Positions 13,484 to 26,319 of a stretch of DNA of 64,000 bases are shown here, piece by piece. The stretch lies in assembly GCF_009914755.1 (NCBI RefSeq), contig NC_060931.1; one strand, written 5' to 3'. The number at the start of each line of letters is the position of its first letter. Position 1 is the first letter of the stretch. The notes below the pieces were generated by a model. That model had not been told where the DNA came from. It saw only the letters and a list, made by a program, of their open reading frames with translations, and did no database searches. The DNA is from the human T2T-CHM13v2.0 reference genome, Homo sapiens. Both the position numbers and the translations under genes were made by a program.

Positions 13484-14864
13484 CAGATACATGTTTGATC
13501 CTTCATATATAGCAAGCTACCAACAACAATTTCTGGATTTAAAAATCTAAAAGTATTCATAAGAGTATCTTTTCCATTCATTTGCAATCATATTGGAATT
13601 CAGGAGAGTCAGGTTCATATATTTTTTATTCATTTATATTATTCCATTAAAATGCTATCGGTAACTAATTGCTCTGTAGAAAGTAATTGCATTTGAAGCC
13701 ATTTGTAAAATAAGTCTTTCATCTTTCAAGCAACAATTTGTTTTGCCAAGAATAAAACTCTTAAACACAAACACATTACAAATGGACTTTAATTATGTTC
13801 CAAATGTGATTTCTTTGCTTATGTTATTTCTATGTTCTGCATTTGTATGTAACTTGTACTTTACGTTGTTTCTCTTCTTTGTTCTCATGTTAGAGAATTT
13901 GAAAATGTGGATGATACAAAAATCATTATCATAGTGTTCAGTGGCCTGGTACACCTACGACCCCCAAATTTAATTCAACATTTATCCAGCATGTACTAAT
14001 TGCTCTGCACGCACATTAATTGGGAACCTATGGTATTCTAGATGCTTCACGACATAAATTTATTAGATGCCTCCTACTGGCCAAGGTTCAGAGCTGAACT
14101 ACATGCTGTTCCTACCCACACAAGGTTCACACTAATTAATCTACCATCATATATAACATGTGAAACAAAATGATTGGCTATTTTACTGCTGTTTCCCAGC
14201 TTCCAGTTGAATATTTAGACAGTTCATCTTGAGAAGCTTGTTCCATTTGTCCCCAAGCTGGATGGTTGGCATTGTGTTCAAAATGTTCTTGGGCTAAGAT
14301 CATGCAAGCCCTAACAAGAAATGAGTTTTCCAGAATCGTCAACATGAAACGGCAAGTAATTCTGTGCTCACTTTTAGCGTGTGAAACCTCAAATGTCATT
14401 TTTCTAGTTCTCTGGGTTTCTGTCTGCCACTGTGTAAATAAAGGGGTTGGCAAGGTGATACTGACTACTCCTCCAGTTCGCATTCTATAGTTCTATTTAG
14501 ACAGCTCATTTGATCACTGGACATTTCTATGTAAGAATCTATGAAACAAGCTTGCTGGAACCAACCTCTTAAAAAGTCCCTGCTCTACAAAAGATTATCA
14601 TGTCCACCCACAGACAACAGGAATTCTTTTCTGGTCATCAAAGAATGTATTCTCCTTGTTTACAGCAGTGCATGTCATCTCTGGTAACAATGATGCTATA
14701 AAGGTTTCCAAAGATTTGCAGCAAAGTGTGACAATTTGTGCAAGGACTATGCAAAAGGCTTAAGTTCTATATGCATATAGGGTTATTTCCATCTCTATTT
14801 ATTGATACACATGCACGTCTATATGTATTTATGCCCATATGTGCATAGCATGTAATGAGTTATA

Positions 14865-15040
14865 TATGCATAGTGCCAGGACTATGCTCATTTTCACATA
14901 TAATTCTCACAACAAACCCCAAAGTGTTTGTCCAGTTTTCCAAAACAAAAAACTGAGGTTGGCTTATAGATTGAACATAATTTGCCTAAACTTAACAGTG
15001 AGAAAGTGACGGAGCTATAAAGTCAAGTTTATCCAACTCT
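14865..15040 (-). mobile_element. MIR remnant
   Basis: 'gtgccaggactatgct...taattctcacaacaaaccc...aaactgagg...atttgccta'. Confidence 0.6.
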
Positions 15041-16063
15041 GAAGGAAGGACACTAAAAATTTACATTCATATAAATATAAGGATTTCACATGACATAAGT
15101 TGTTAGAAACTGGACTGGTAGAAGATTGAGAATTGTTTCAGTAAGAAATATGCAAATCCTGTAGGCATTAATTTGCTCCTGAAAGTCTACCATCCTTATG
15201 CTCATAGAGAAGCCATCTATACAGTAAGGCAAGACTAACCAGAACTGGAATACAATCATTAAGAAGCAACATATAAATATTGCTAAGCTTACCCCTTACT
15301 AGCAAGGATGTCATAACATAACCACAACAATGTAATGGAAAGTTAACATCTAGGAAAGCATTAGCAACAGCTTAAAACACATAAAACAATTATGATGGTT
15401 GCCTCACTTCCGTACTTTCTTTAGTAAAATTTATGGCAATTCACATTCCACATGTTCTAACACCAGTACACAAAATAATGGCGAAATCTAGGTTTGTGAA
15501 ACAGCATATATACATTGCTTCTTTGTTATTTCCAATATACTTATATAACCAAAATTAGTAAATTACTTTAAATAATTATGTCCAGTTAACTTCATACTGT
15601 TGGTATCCCCAAAGCATCTTGAGAGATGCAAACAATGCTATTAAATTAACAAGGAGCAGGTTTGCATTTCGCTATGTAATATTTTAGTGCTAACATAGGA
15701 TTTCCTTAGTACCCTGCTACAGGAATTATACCTATTTATTCTGGGGCCAGAGAATTTGATGTATATTTAATGTTAGCCTAAGAAACATAAAATATAGTCC
15801 ATACGATATCTAATGTGTTTAGTTTTCTATGCATTTGTATGGGTTATTCATAGAGATTTACCTGGAGATAAACATTGTATTAAAACATATGAAAACTTTA
15901 AGTTAAATGTTTTGCTTTCCAAGTTACTGAACTGGATTCCAAAGGACTTTGCCATTCAGAAGGATGAAATATATAAAACACATACATAACCCTTTTAATA
16001 TGAAGTCTAATCAGAAGGGTGGTAGTATATTTGTTTCTATAAGTAAAAAATTGTGGTCCCCAC

Positions 16064-16804
16064 TGATAGGGACAGGAGAGAGGGAAATACTGAGTAGACG
16101 AATGCTACCAGGAAAGACCCCAGCCTTAAGCCTGGAAACCCACAGTCCTAAATGAGAACAGGCATTCTTGTTTTCACGCCCAAAAAGTTGCCTTCTGGCC
16201 TACTACACCCTTGATCTTGTACCCATATAAACCCCGAACCCCAAGCTCCAGAGGCAGATGAGCAGATGAATGGCAGAGCGGCATGGCAGAGAAGGAGAGT
16301 AGAGAAGAAGCATATGAACACCGAGAGGAGTTTGGCTGGGGACCGTCAGAGAGGAGATCGGCCACTGGACAACCAAACTCCAGGGTAAGATCATCTTCCC
16401 ACTCCATTCCCCTTCCAGCTCCTCATCTATCCCACTGAGAGCCACCTCCACCGCTCAATAAAACCCCTGCATTCATCCTTCAAATCTGTGTATGACCTGA
16501 TCCTTCCTGGACGCTGGACAAGAAGCTGGGTACCAAGGGGAGTCCACTAAATTGCTTAACACTTAAGCCGTCTGTGGACTGCAGAGCTAAAAGAGCAAAT
16601 GTAACAGTGGGGCTTCAACAGTCACAGGCACCCAGCCCTAGATGCTGCTGTGGGGCCAAAGCCCAAAAGCGCTCACCCTAGTTCGCACACCTGCCCATCT
16701 TTGTGCTCCCCCTCCCATAAGGGTTTGAGCTAGCAGCAGCCAAACAGAGAGCCACATCCCTGTCACACGTCCTGTGAGGTGGACCAGGAAACTCTCCCGT
16801 CTTA
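16064..16804 (+). mobile_element. MER50 ERV1 solo LTR
   Basis: Starts 'tgatagggacaggag', ends 'aactctcccgtctta'; TATAAA 16226-16231, AATAAA 16457-16462; near-TSD ccac/ctac. Confidence 0.85.
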
Positions 16805-17551
16805 CTACCAGTTGTTTTATTAGGTGGCCTCTAGCAGGTGGCTCAGTCTTTAGATCAGAGTTTCTCAATGAGAGGCAGAGGTACAATAGGGGATCTGTCA
16901 CATTGCTTTTTCCCTTGCCAGGTATTTTAGAATCTTGAGATTGAAAAGAGTAGGGCATATAAATTTTTCAAATTATATTGAGCATTTTAATAGATTTTCG
17001 AAAACAAAAATATTCTTATAACAATACAGACTAAAAATTGGTAGAACCTCAATTGTTGGCAATATTCATAGATTTTATGATTTCAACTAGGGGGTAGAAG
17101 ACATAACATGTCCAGGAGGCCATTCCATTTTTATTTTCACTAGCCATGGACATACATGGACTTACTTTTTTTAAGAAACACAACTTTAGATGGCTTTTAA
17201 ATCAGCTCTAAACATTCTCATGCTCTGTGACTTACGGTTTAGGCACTACACCTTGATTCCTGAATATACTATTGGATTATAACTGAGCTGTTTTGCTTTT
17301 CACCCTGAGTTTTACAGGAATTTGAGAATGCTGGTCAGACAAAAAAGTACGTTGTACTGGAGATTCCTGAGATGATTCTAAAACCGTCCTGAAAAACAGT
17401 CATACAGGAGTAGATTACAAAGACAACACCTGCTAGGGAAATATATATCTTTGAGACATCTTCTGACTAATAAGTCTCCCTGTCATTTGAAAATGAAAGG
17501 AAAATGAGATCTGGAAGCCTAAAATATCACAAATGTTTTGGCACCTAATAT

Positions 17552-17730
17552 TTTGGTGTGCTGGGCCTGGTCTGACTCACAATAACCTGCAAGAGTGTAT
17601 TGTGTACATCTCTACGCAACAGCTTGAAGTCACTCATGATAGGAATCTTTATGCCACTGAAATTAGCAAATGCCACAAATCAAGCCTCTCACCTCTACCC
17701 CCAAAGATAGTTGTTAAACATTTAGTAACA
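17552..17730 (+). mobile_element. MER63A-like element
   Basis: 'tggtgtgctgg...tgtgtacatctct...agcttgaa...caaatcaag...gttgttaaacattta'. Confidence 0.65.
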
Positions 17731-19105
17731 TTTATGGAGGAATGAAGGAGGATTCCTTAAGGATATTTGTTTTTGAGTTTTCCATGTAATAAAAATGCCA
17801 TAGTTTATGGTTTGTTTATTCAATAACTTTCTCAATAATGTTTATGAAGGGGATTTTGTTTTCCACCTGAATGAGAAGGCAAACTGAAGCATATCTGAAA
17901 CTCTGCATGTAGTTGTGCTTCCTGTCCTCAGGGGAGATGGCATAAGGATAGAGATAGAGAGCTTCTTGACAGGGACAACACACAGCCTGAAAGAGACGCC
18001 TGAGAAGGTGCTGGGAGTAGTCTCCTCTATGGAATAAGGCAGGCAGCAAGGTCAACAGGTGCCACCTTACTAGGGAAGAAAATGTAGGAAGAGTGAAAGG
18101 AACTTATGAATTCAGACAATGGGTATCAGCTTACAGGAATCATTAGCCTGACAGGTAGTAGTAGGTGATTCAAAAAAATTTAAATAAATTAAAAAGTTGA
18201 CAGAGGTACAAAGGAAGCAACATTTCAAACATATTTCTCGTCTCTGAGGAGGGTATTTGGAATAAATTCAATTCTCTTCATAAACTATGCTTTTCTTGCC
18301 AAAACAAAATAGATCACAGCTCTTATCCACGCAGGAATTCCTTTGGTTTGTATGTAGAAAGGTAGCTCATCCTTTCAACATTATCCAGAATTAAATGTAG
18401 CCTTTATAACCCTTGGAAATAACAATGTAACACTTCTTCATAGGTGAGTAATAAATGACTTTTTCCAAAATCAACCATCAACCACAAACACTTGGCTTGC
18501 CTAGTGTTTTAAAACTGGAGAATATTAGGACAGGCTTATAATGGCAAATATTCCAGCTCACATGCCCACACAAAACCTAACTGTGCTTTTAGGGAAAATG
18601 ACCAATATGAGCTCAAGGACAGTATTTTGTTCTATTTAATACATTGCAAAAATCATCTCATATCTGTAAAATTATGTACTATTTCTCTCTCTAGCTTAAT
18701 CTATATCCTGACCTATCCATGCAGGAGAACTTTCTGTTCCCATTAAAATCTTATAGAGAATATACCTTTTGAATGAAAGTGAGGTGGGGAAATAAGCTAA
18801 TGACCCATGGGTTATATTTCTAAGGTCTTAGCCCAGAGATGACAGAGTACAGGAGAGGTTAGCTCCAGTTGGTATGTAACGAAGCTAGAACAAAGTAAGG
18901 CCAAACAACAAAGCCGATATGTGTATGCAGGCTGCTAAAAATCCAGTGATCAAAGCAATTTAATGCTTGGGCCCCAAGTGTTTCCTGTTGGTCCAGTGGC
19001 TGATGACACACTGTCTAATAGGATGGCAACAGGGAAAATTAGTCCTCCAAGTCTCCTTCTGTTGGGAAACAAGATTACTCTCTCTGGATTTTTCAGTTCC
19101 ATCTA

Positions 19106-19785
19106 CAGTGTGGTTCTCAAACATGCCTGTACACTGGAATCCCTTGGGGAGCTTTAGAAACTAATGATGCCTTGGCCCTAGCCCCAGAGATTCTAATGAA
19201 GCTGTTCCAGGTTCAGCCTGGGCATCAGGATTTTTAAATGTTCCACAGTTGATTCTAACAAGCTAAAGCTGAGTTGTTGATTCTGCGGCACAAAGAGACT
19301 AAGTAGTGCTTCTCAAATTCTACCCTTGTAGGTCTGAGTAGGGTCTAAGATTCTATATTTCTAACAAGCTCCCAAGTGATGCTGGTGTGGTCCAGAAACA
19401 AGGCTTTGATTAACAGGGCTCTAGATCAGCAGCCACAATGAGGTTCCTGAAGCAGCAACAATGTCACGTGGAAACCTGTTTAGAAATGCAAATTATCAAG
19501 CCCAACCCCAGATATACTCAATCAGTCATGGGGTGGGGCAGGTGGAAGAGTAGCAAACTGCATTTCAACAAGCCCTCCAGGTGATTTTGGTGCCAGCTAA
19601 AAAAACCAAGGGTCAGAGCGGTATTATTCAAAGTGTGGTTATCAGAGCAGCAGCAGTAGCATTGCCAAGGAGTTCATAAGATGAATTCAGGATTTCAGGC
19701 CCCACCCCAAACTTGCTGGATCAGAAACTGCATTTTAATGACATCCCAGGTGGTTACTATGCATATTAAAGTGTGAGAAGCCCTA
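19106..19785. mobile_element. Cluster of about four abutting MER5A/MER5B elements
   Basis: Repeated 'gtggttctcaaa', 'ccccagagattct', 'ttctaacaagctcccaagtgatgctg', 'gcatttcaacaagccctccaggtgatt' and 'ggccccaccccaaac' blocks. Confidence 0.75.
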
Positions 19786-20160
19786 CAGTCTTGGCAAATT
19801 TCCTCCTCAAAACCGTTGCCCAGAATGACAGATAAAAAACCACTCATTTGAAAAAAAAAAAAAAAAAAAAAAAAGCCTAACGACAACGTTAATTATAATT
19901 GTAATATCTGGTAGGTTTCTTTTTAATTACAAAAAGCCCCACATTTTTACAGTGACAAGTTTTAAAACATGGAAAAACCTCATCAAACAAATGGAAATCA
20001 CATGTGATCCCACCAAGCAGCTAAAACTATTGATAACTTTATTCTTCCATCCAAAGAACTGTTTCTAAAGAGAGAATAAAAACAAGTTATTGAAAGAGAC
20101 AATATTATCCTGCTCCAACAGACACTTGGCAATGTTTCAACTGAAACTTTCACCTATCAG

Positions 20161-20876
20161 TGTAACTTCCCAGTGGGTTCACCTAGCCCGCTGCCTAGAC
20201 AGACCTGATTTATCAAGACAGTGGAATTGCAGTGGAGAAAGAGTAACTCACGCGGTGCCAGCTGTGCGGGAGACCAGAGTTTTATTATTACTCCTGTCTC
20301 CTGTAGTTAAAGATAATTTTGTGGGTAGGGGCTTGGGAAGTGAGGAGTGCTGATTGGTCAGGTTGGAGATGGAATCATAGGGGGTCTATGTGAGGTTTTC
20401 TTGCTGTTTTCTGTTCCTGGGTGGGATGGCAGAACTGGTTGAGCCAGATTACCGGTCTGGGTGGTGTCAGTTGATCCATCCAGTGTAGGGTCTGCGAAAT
20501 ATCTCAAGCACTGATTTTAAGTTTTATAATAGTGATGTTATCCCCAGGAGCAATTTGGAGAGGTTCAGACTTTTGCAGCCAGAGGCTGCATGACCCCTAA
20601 ACTGTAATTTCTAATCTTGTAGCTAATTTGTTAGTCCTGCAAAGATAGACTGATCCCCAGGCAAGAAGGGTGGGGGGGTGGCTTTTCAGGAAAGGACTAT
20701 TATCGATTGTGTTTCAGAGTCAAACCATGAACTGACTTCCTTCCCAAAGTTAGTTCAGCCTATGCTCAGGAATGAACAAGGACAGCTTAAAGGTTAGAAG
20801 AAAGATGGAGGCAGTTAGGTCTGATTTCTTTCACTGTCATCATTTCCTGAGTTATAATTTTGCAAAGGTGGCTTCA
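20161..20876 (-). mobile_element. LTR8 ERV1 solo LTR
   Basis: Reverse complement starts 'tgaagccacctttgcaaaattataact...gacagtgaaag' and ends 'gaacccactgggaagttaca'. Confidence 0.9.
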
Positions 20877-21524
20877 TCTTTAGCCCAATGTGACAAAAAT
20901 ACGAGTCTCTTGTTTAGAATAATGTTGGTTACTGAAGGAGATACCATGACATCGGTTCCTGTGGTCATCTTGGGAATAAGAAACCTCTTTGCCATGTTTG
21001 AGAATGTTGAAACCAAGTTATTTTGTTCTAAGTTAGAAGGTCAGAGCTCAGACTTAAAAATACCAGCCAGTAATGAAAAACAGAGCGGCCGCATTTAGGT
21101 TACCAGCAGTGAATAAATTCCCAGATAGTTGAAACACCGCTGTATACTGGTGACCTTTAAACGTATAATGAGTAAATAGTTTGGGGGGAAAAAAAGGAAT
21201 TCACATGGATCTCAAATTGTATTTTCTTTCAATCTGTAACAGATCAGCTTTTCTGTTAGAGGTCAGATTGTTAAAATTTTGACAAATTTGGCTGCCTAGA
21301 ACATCTATGGCCTTAGCTGTCAAATCAGAAGCCTAGCAAAAGAAACTGGAGCTTTCATGTAATAACCCACGATTTCTGGTTCCTTTGTAGTAAGCTAGAC
21401 TGGTGAAAACTAAAATTTAAACTGTTGCTTTTTGATATGATTCTTGCTTTAGAAAGCTGTCAAGGTATTCAGCAAGTGTGCCAATTTTCTTAAATGAGTC
21501 TGAACTTCAAGACCCTTCCCTTAC

Positions 21525-21609
21525 CTGGGTGAATATCTTTTGCATCAAATCCCAATGTAAGAATGAAACTACACATTGGGATAAGGAGCTGGAACAAATC
21601 ATGCTGTTT
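21525..21609 (-). other. Candidate 85-nt internal exon of an unidentified transcript
   Basis: Minus strand tgtttttctctttgtacag|AAAC...CCCAG|gtaagg; two frames open. Confidence 0.3.
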
Positions 21610-22499
21610 CTGTACAAAGAGAAAAACATACTGGACTGGACACAGCACACAGTGATGGGAAGTAGAGTAACTTGAAAACCAGAAGATGAAGAGTTTGGAG
21701 GGGGAGTCAGGGCTGGGGGTTATAATAGAAAAGACATGTGGATGGCAATGCCTGTCAAAGAGGCACCAAGGAGAAGGGGATTGCCAAACTGTGTTAGGAA
21801 AAAGGTCACTGGATCTGTTAGAACCTGTGGAACTGGTTAATTACCTTATAATCAATATAATAAAATTACATGTGTGGCTATTTGATTATCATTACCCCAT
21901 TGCAAAGAAATACAATGTTAATTTTCTTAGTTTTCCTCCTAATTTGGAGGACATGTTTGGGATGGTTTAGTTGAAAACCGGCTCATATGACATGTATAAA
22001 ATTCACTGTTAGAAACCAAAACTGAGGTGGCCTCAAAGGCTTGGTAACAACTGATTAGGAGAGAATTGATATTAATATAAAACATTATGGGCCAAAAAAA
22101 ATGTTAATATAAACCCTAACTTGTAAGTCCCAAGAGTAGGTTTTGACATATTACTAAGCTCTATCTCACATGGGTAACTTTATCCAAAGAACTTCAAAGG
22201 CAATAGCAGGTACATATTTATTTACTATGGTTAATATGGAAACTACCTAGTATAAAATTAGAGAAGTCTGGAAGGGTATATTTTGCAAATGGAACAGAAA
22301 TATCACACTGAAGTTGGTTTAGGTAAATTTATCGAGTCCCCTCTATAACTTTGGCAACTAGAAAGTGTATTCAAGACCAAAAAGAAATTAAAAAAGGGTC
22401 TGTCACAGCATCACTTTGCTGATTTTGAGTATTCTGCAGAATACCAGTGTATGTAACCCTTAATAGCCAGGAAGCGTTGCATTGGGACTTCTGACCCAA

Positions 22500-22819
22500 T
22501 GTTGTAGGACTTTCTCCTTAGTTCAGCTAAAAACGGAGTCCTTGTCATATGACCATGAGAGATTAGGCTCTCAGACACTTTGAAGAGAAAAATGGAATGT
22601 ATTGGGCAAAGAGGGAGGAAAAAAAATGGGAAACAGTCCTGCCAGCTGGCTTCCCACCTCACAGATTGAATCCCAGATTCCACCTGGAACAAGAGAGGCC
22701 AGGCTCCTCCCCTCACAAACAGTGCAAACTTCCCAAGGCTCCACCCCAGTGCACACTCCTCCCAGTGCACAGACCAGAAGAAAGTTCTGCCAAGAGGCCC
22801 TTTTTACTTGGCTGTCTTA
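22500..22819 (-). mobile_element. MER61 ERV1 solo LTR
   Basis: 'tgttgtaggactttctccttagttcagctaaaa...ttggctgtctta'; perfect 4-bp TSD ccaa at 22496-22499 and 22820-22823. Confidence 0.85.
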
Positions 22820-23104
22820 CCAACATGGCAGTACACTTGGTTTTCACTTACATTCTTACATCTCTGCCATGTTAATACAGGAAAATACTGGAGTCCAAAT
22901 AGGAACCCTCCAGGAAAAGATTTCTTAAGGGCAAAAAGGAGAAATGCAAGCACTTCCTACTTGAGAGACCCCTAACATAGCAGCCTACCATATTAGCTTT
23001 GAGACACAAGAGCGAGAAGAGGATTCCTAAGAGGACTGGAGCAGCAGCTGAGATTTCCAAGGTCCTCCAGTTGGCTATAGTGACAGTAACCATTTTTCCT
23101 TACC

Positions 23105-23285
23105 CAGTGGTTTTTCTCAACTTAGCTACACATTAGATTCACCCAGAGAGCATTCAAGCTAAAATCTGATACCCATGTGTTACCCTAACCAATTAAATAA
23201 AAATCTCTGTAGTTGCAACCCAGACATTAATATTTTTAAAGCCCCCTTGGTGATATCAATGTTGAGCCAATGTTCAAAACCACTG
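23105..23285. mobile_element. MER5B
   Basis: TIRs 'cagtggtttt' and 'aaaaccactg'; internal 'cacattagattcacc', 'atttttaaagccccct'. Confidence 0.75.
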
Positions 23286-25977
23286 CCATGGCCATTTCCC
23301 AGAAATAAAAGTTAACCCAGAGAACTATAGAAAGCTTTATGAATCATGCAGAATAATTATCATCATGATCATCTAAGGCTCCCCAATAGGGCCCTTCAAT
23401 TAAGTTCAAAATTGGCTGGACATTGGGTCAGATGGGGAAAATCAACTAAACAAAACAAAATTATTTGATGGAAATTTAGCTTTCTGCCAACTGCATATTT
23501 GAGTATTTGTGGCCCAACTTCAAATGAAAACAGAAGTGTATTTTTTTTTTTCTAACTGAATCATGGTATTCACAATATACAGCTTGACTAACAGTGCTTG
23601 TGGGCAACCAAGCAACTTTAGAGATTCCTTTTTGATTAAAAGTACACTGTGGACATTTACTTAATTCATTTCCAGAAAAACTCTGGAAGCTGGGCTTGAT
23701 TCTTGCATTAAACAATCTGTGGAATTTGAAGAGCAACCCAAAACTCTCTAAATTTTAATTTTGTCACCTCTAACTAAAATAAGTTTGGACTGAATGATCT
23801 CAAAGATCTTTTCCATCCCTTGACATTCTGATTCAACGATACATAGTTTTCTCCTCTTTCCAAGGCATTTGCCCTCAAATCACTTAGATTCATATGATGA
23901 TACTATTTATTTTCACTAGTTAGGCTGCATCTAAATGACAAAGAGTTGCACAATAACTTGATTCTTTTGCATGGCATGCAATACAATAAGTATCAAAAAT
24001 GCTAAGCTTTTCACAAAGGACAACACAAACATTAAGCACCATCCATCCATTAAGTGTGAAAAGACATCTCCAGTAGAGGCCAAGAGAATATTTGCTTTCA
24101 AACAAGACATCACTTCTCTATAAAAATTATTGTCTTAGGAGGTACTCACTGAAGGGAAATTGCTGGCCCTGGGGGCAGAGATGTGATAAGATAATGATTT
24201 CTATTCTTTCATTTCAGCCAAATGGTAAATAAGTCACAAATGAAATAACGTTGGCACTATTAATTCTCAAAAGCAGATTTAGACAGAGACTTCAATAAGC
24301 CTGAAATCAGCACTTAATTTTTCATTTTCTCTTTTCTGGGAGGCTTCAATGGAACAGTTTTAATTCTAAATTTAAGATATGTTGCCAAAAACTGATTGAA
24401 AAAACATGGTGCTTGAATAAGATGTTTAGGTAGGTTTAAAAAACTGGATATGAACACTGCTTCAAAGGGAAATGAGTTTTACACTACACATTTTTATCCT
24501 TTTAATACAAGACTCCTTTCTTTTGATTTTGGAACAACTTGATACCTAAAAATATATACTTTTTGGTGTTGACTCAATAGTTTAAGAAGTATAGGTCAAA
24601 GTTTAGAATTTTAAGAACTGTATTTCAAATGGAAATAGTTTGCATAGTTTTAACATTCTCTTTTCTTTCCCCATTTCCCTTAATAATATTGGATTTAAAA
24701 GTTATGCTGCTTTCTGTTTTCATATCCTCAGACACGGATGATTTTACCATTTAGAAATTCAAAGAAAAAATGTTGGAAGTGGTATGTATTTTCTAATCTA
24801 TATTTTTCTAAGATTTCAGGTAACCTCTTTCCATTTGAGTGAGCACATTTTATCTAGTGTTTCTCAAAATGAAATTACTTAGATTCAAGTAGATTGATAT
24901 GAATATTACTGAGTAAAGAATTCTTTTACAGACATAAGGTCTTAAGATGCCAAATGAAGAAAACATTCCTTTTCCAATTTATTCCTACTGTATCTTAAAC
25001 AGGCTACTGACTAGCACAGAACTACATGAAACTGAATCTCCAATTTGAGTTGTGGTCACCAGTTTTAATTATTCTAACCTAGATTGAATCCCTTTGAACC
25101 AAGTTTGTTATAGTCAGAACTAGGCTGAACTAACTTAGGTTGGATTGAACCACTTTCATCAATTTTCTCTTGGTCTTAGCTTTGTCCAATGCCTGCCTGT
25201 AGAATGAGACATGCCTGGAATGAAATGTCTGTAACAATGGTATATTGGTACTAAAATAATTGGATAATACTGAAAGTGGGGGTTAATATCAATTATCGTT
25301 TTGAAGAAAGGCTATGTAAAATGTAAGAGATGATCAGGATTCTGGGATCAAAAGTCAAGTCAGGAAAATACACAGTTGGTGCTTACAGAGCTAGAGCCAG
25401 GGAAGATGAATCTGAAAATGGGGAATCCAAGAGGTAGAAGAAAATACAGCAAGGAAGTTATATTGGTATGATCTGAGCATACACTGGGATTTTTTTTTTT
25501 TTTTTTAAGCAAGCTGTCTTGGAGATGTGAAAGGGCAGGAAAGGGCCAGGCTTCTAAAAAAAGTGAGTTAAACTAAACATTATCCTTGAACTCAAGCTGA
25601 GAAAATAGGTACAAAGGCTTACCTGGCAGAAACCTGCTACAAAATGTGGGTCAAAGTGGACTTTTCAAATGCACTCCTGTGTTCAGTGTCCCTTTCGCTC
25701 CCCGGATACTATATCTCTATAGTCTTGGAAGCCTAAACGTTCTGGTTTCTTAGTGACTGTGGGAGGTTTCAAGGCTACCGCTAATTAAGAGAGTCTTACT
25801 GAGCAAAGTCAGCAAGATAATAGATCAGTCAACATAAAACAAGCCTAGATACCTGTTCTTAACATTGTGGCAGAACTGGGCAAAGAAGAGACAGATGTAC
25901 ATACACCTGTGATGTATGTACATCAAACCAAAGATTTCTCCCAAGTGTGGGGTGCCAATAACAGTAAAATGGAGTAA

Positions 25978-26319
<342 letters not shown>

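Noticed and set aside
21084-21091. NotI site GCGGCCGC in AT-rich DNA
   Set aside because: Isolated 8-mer with no CpG island or vector sequence around it
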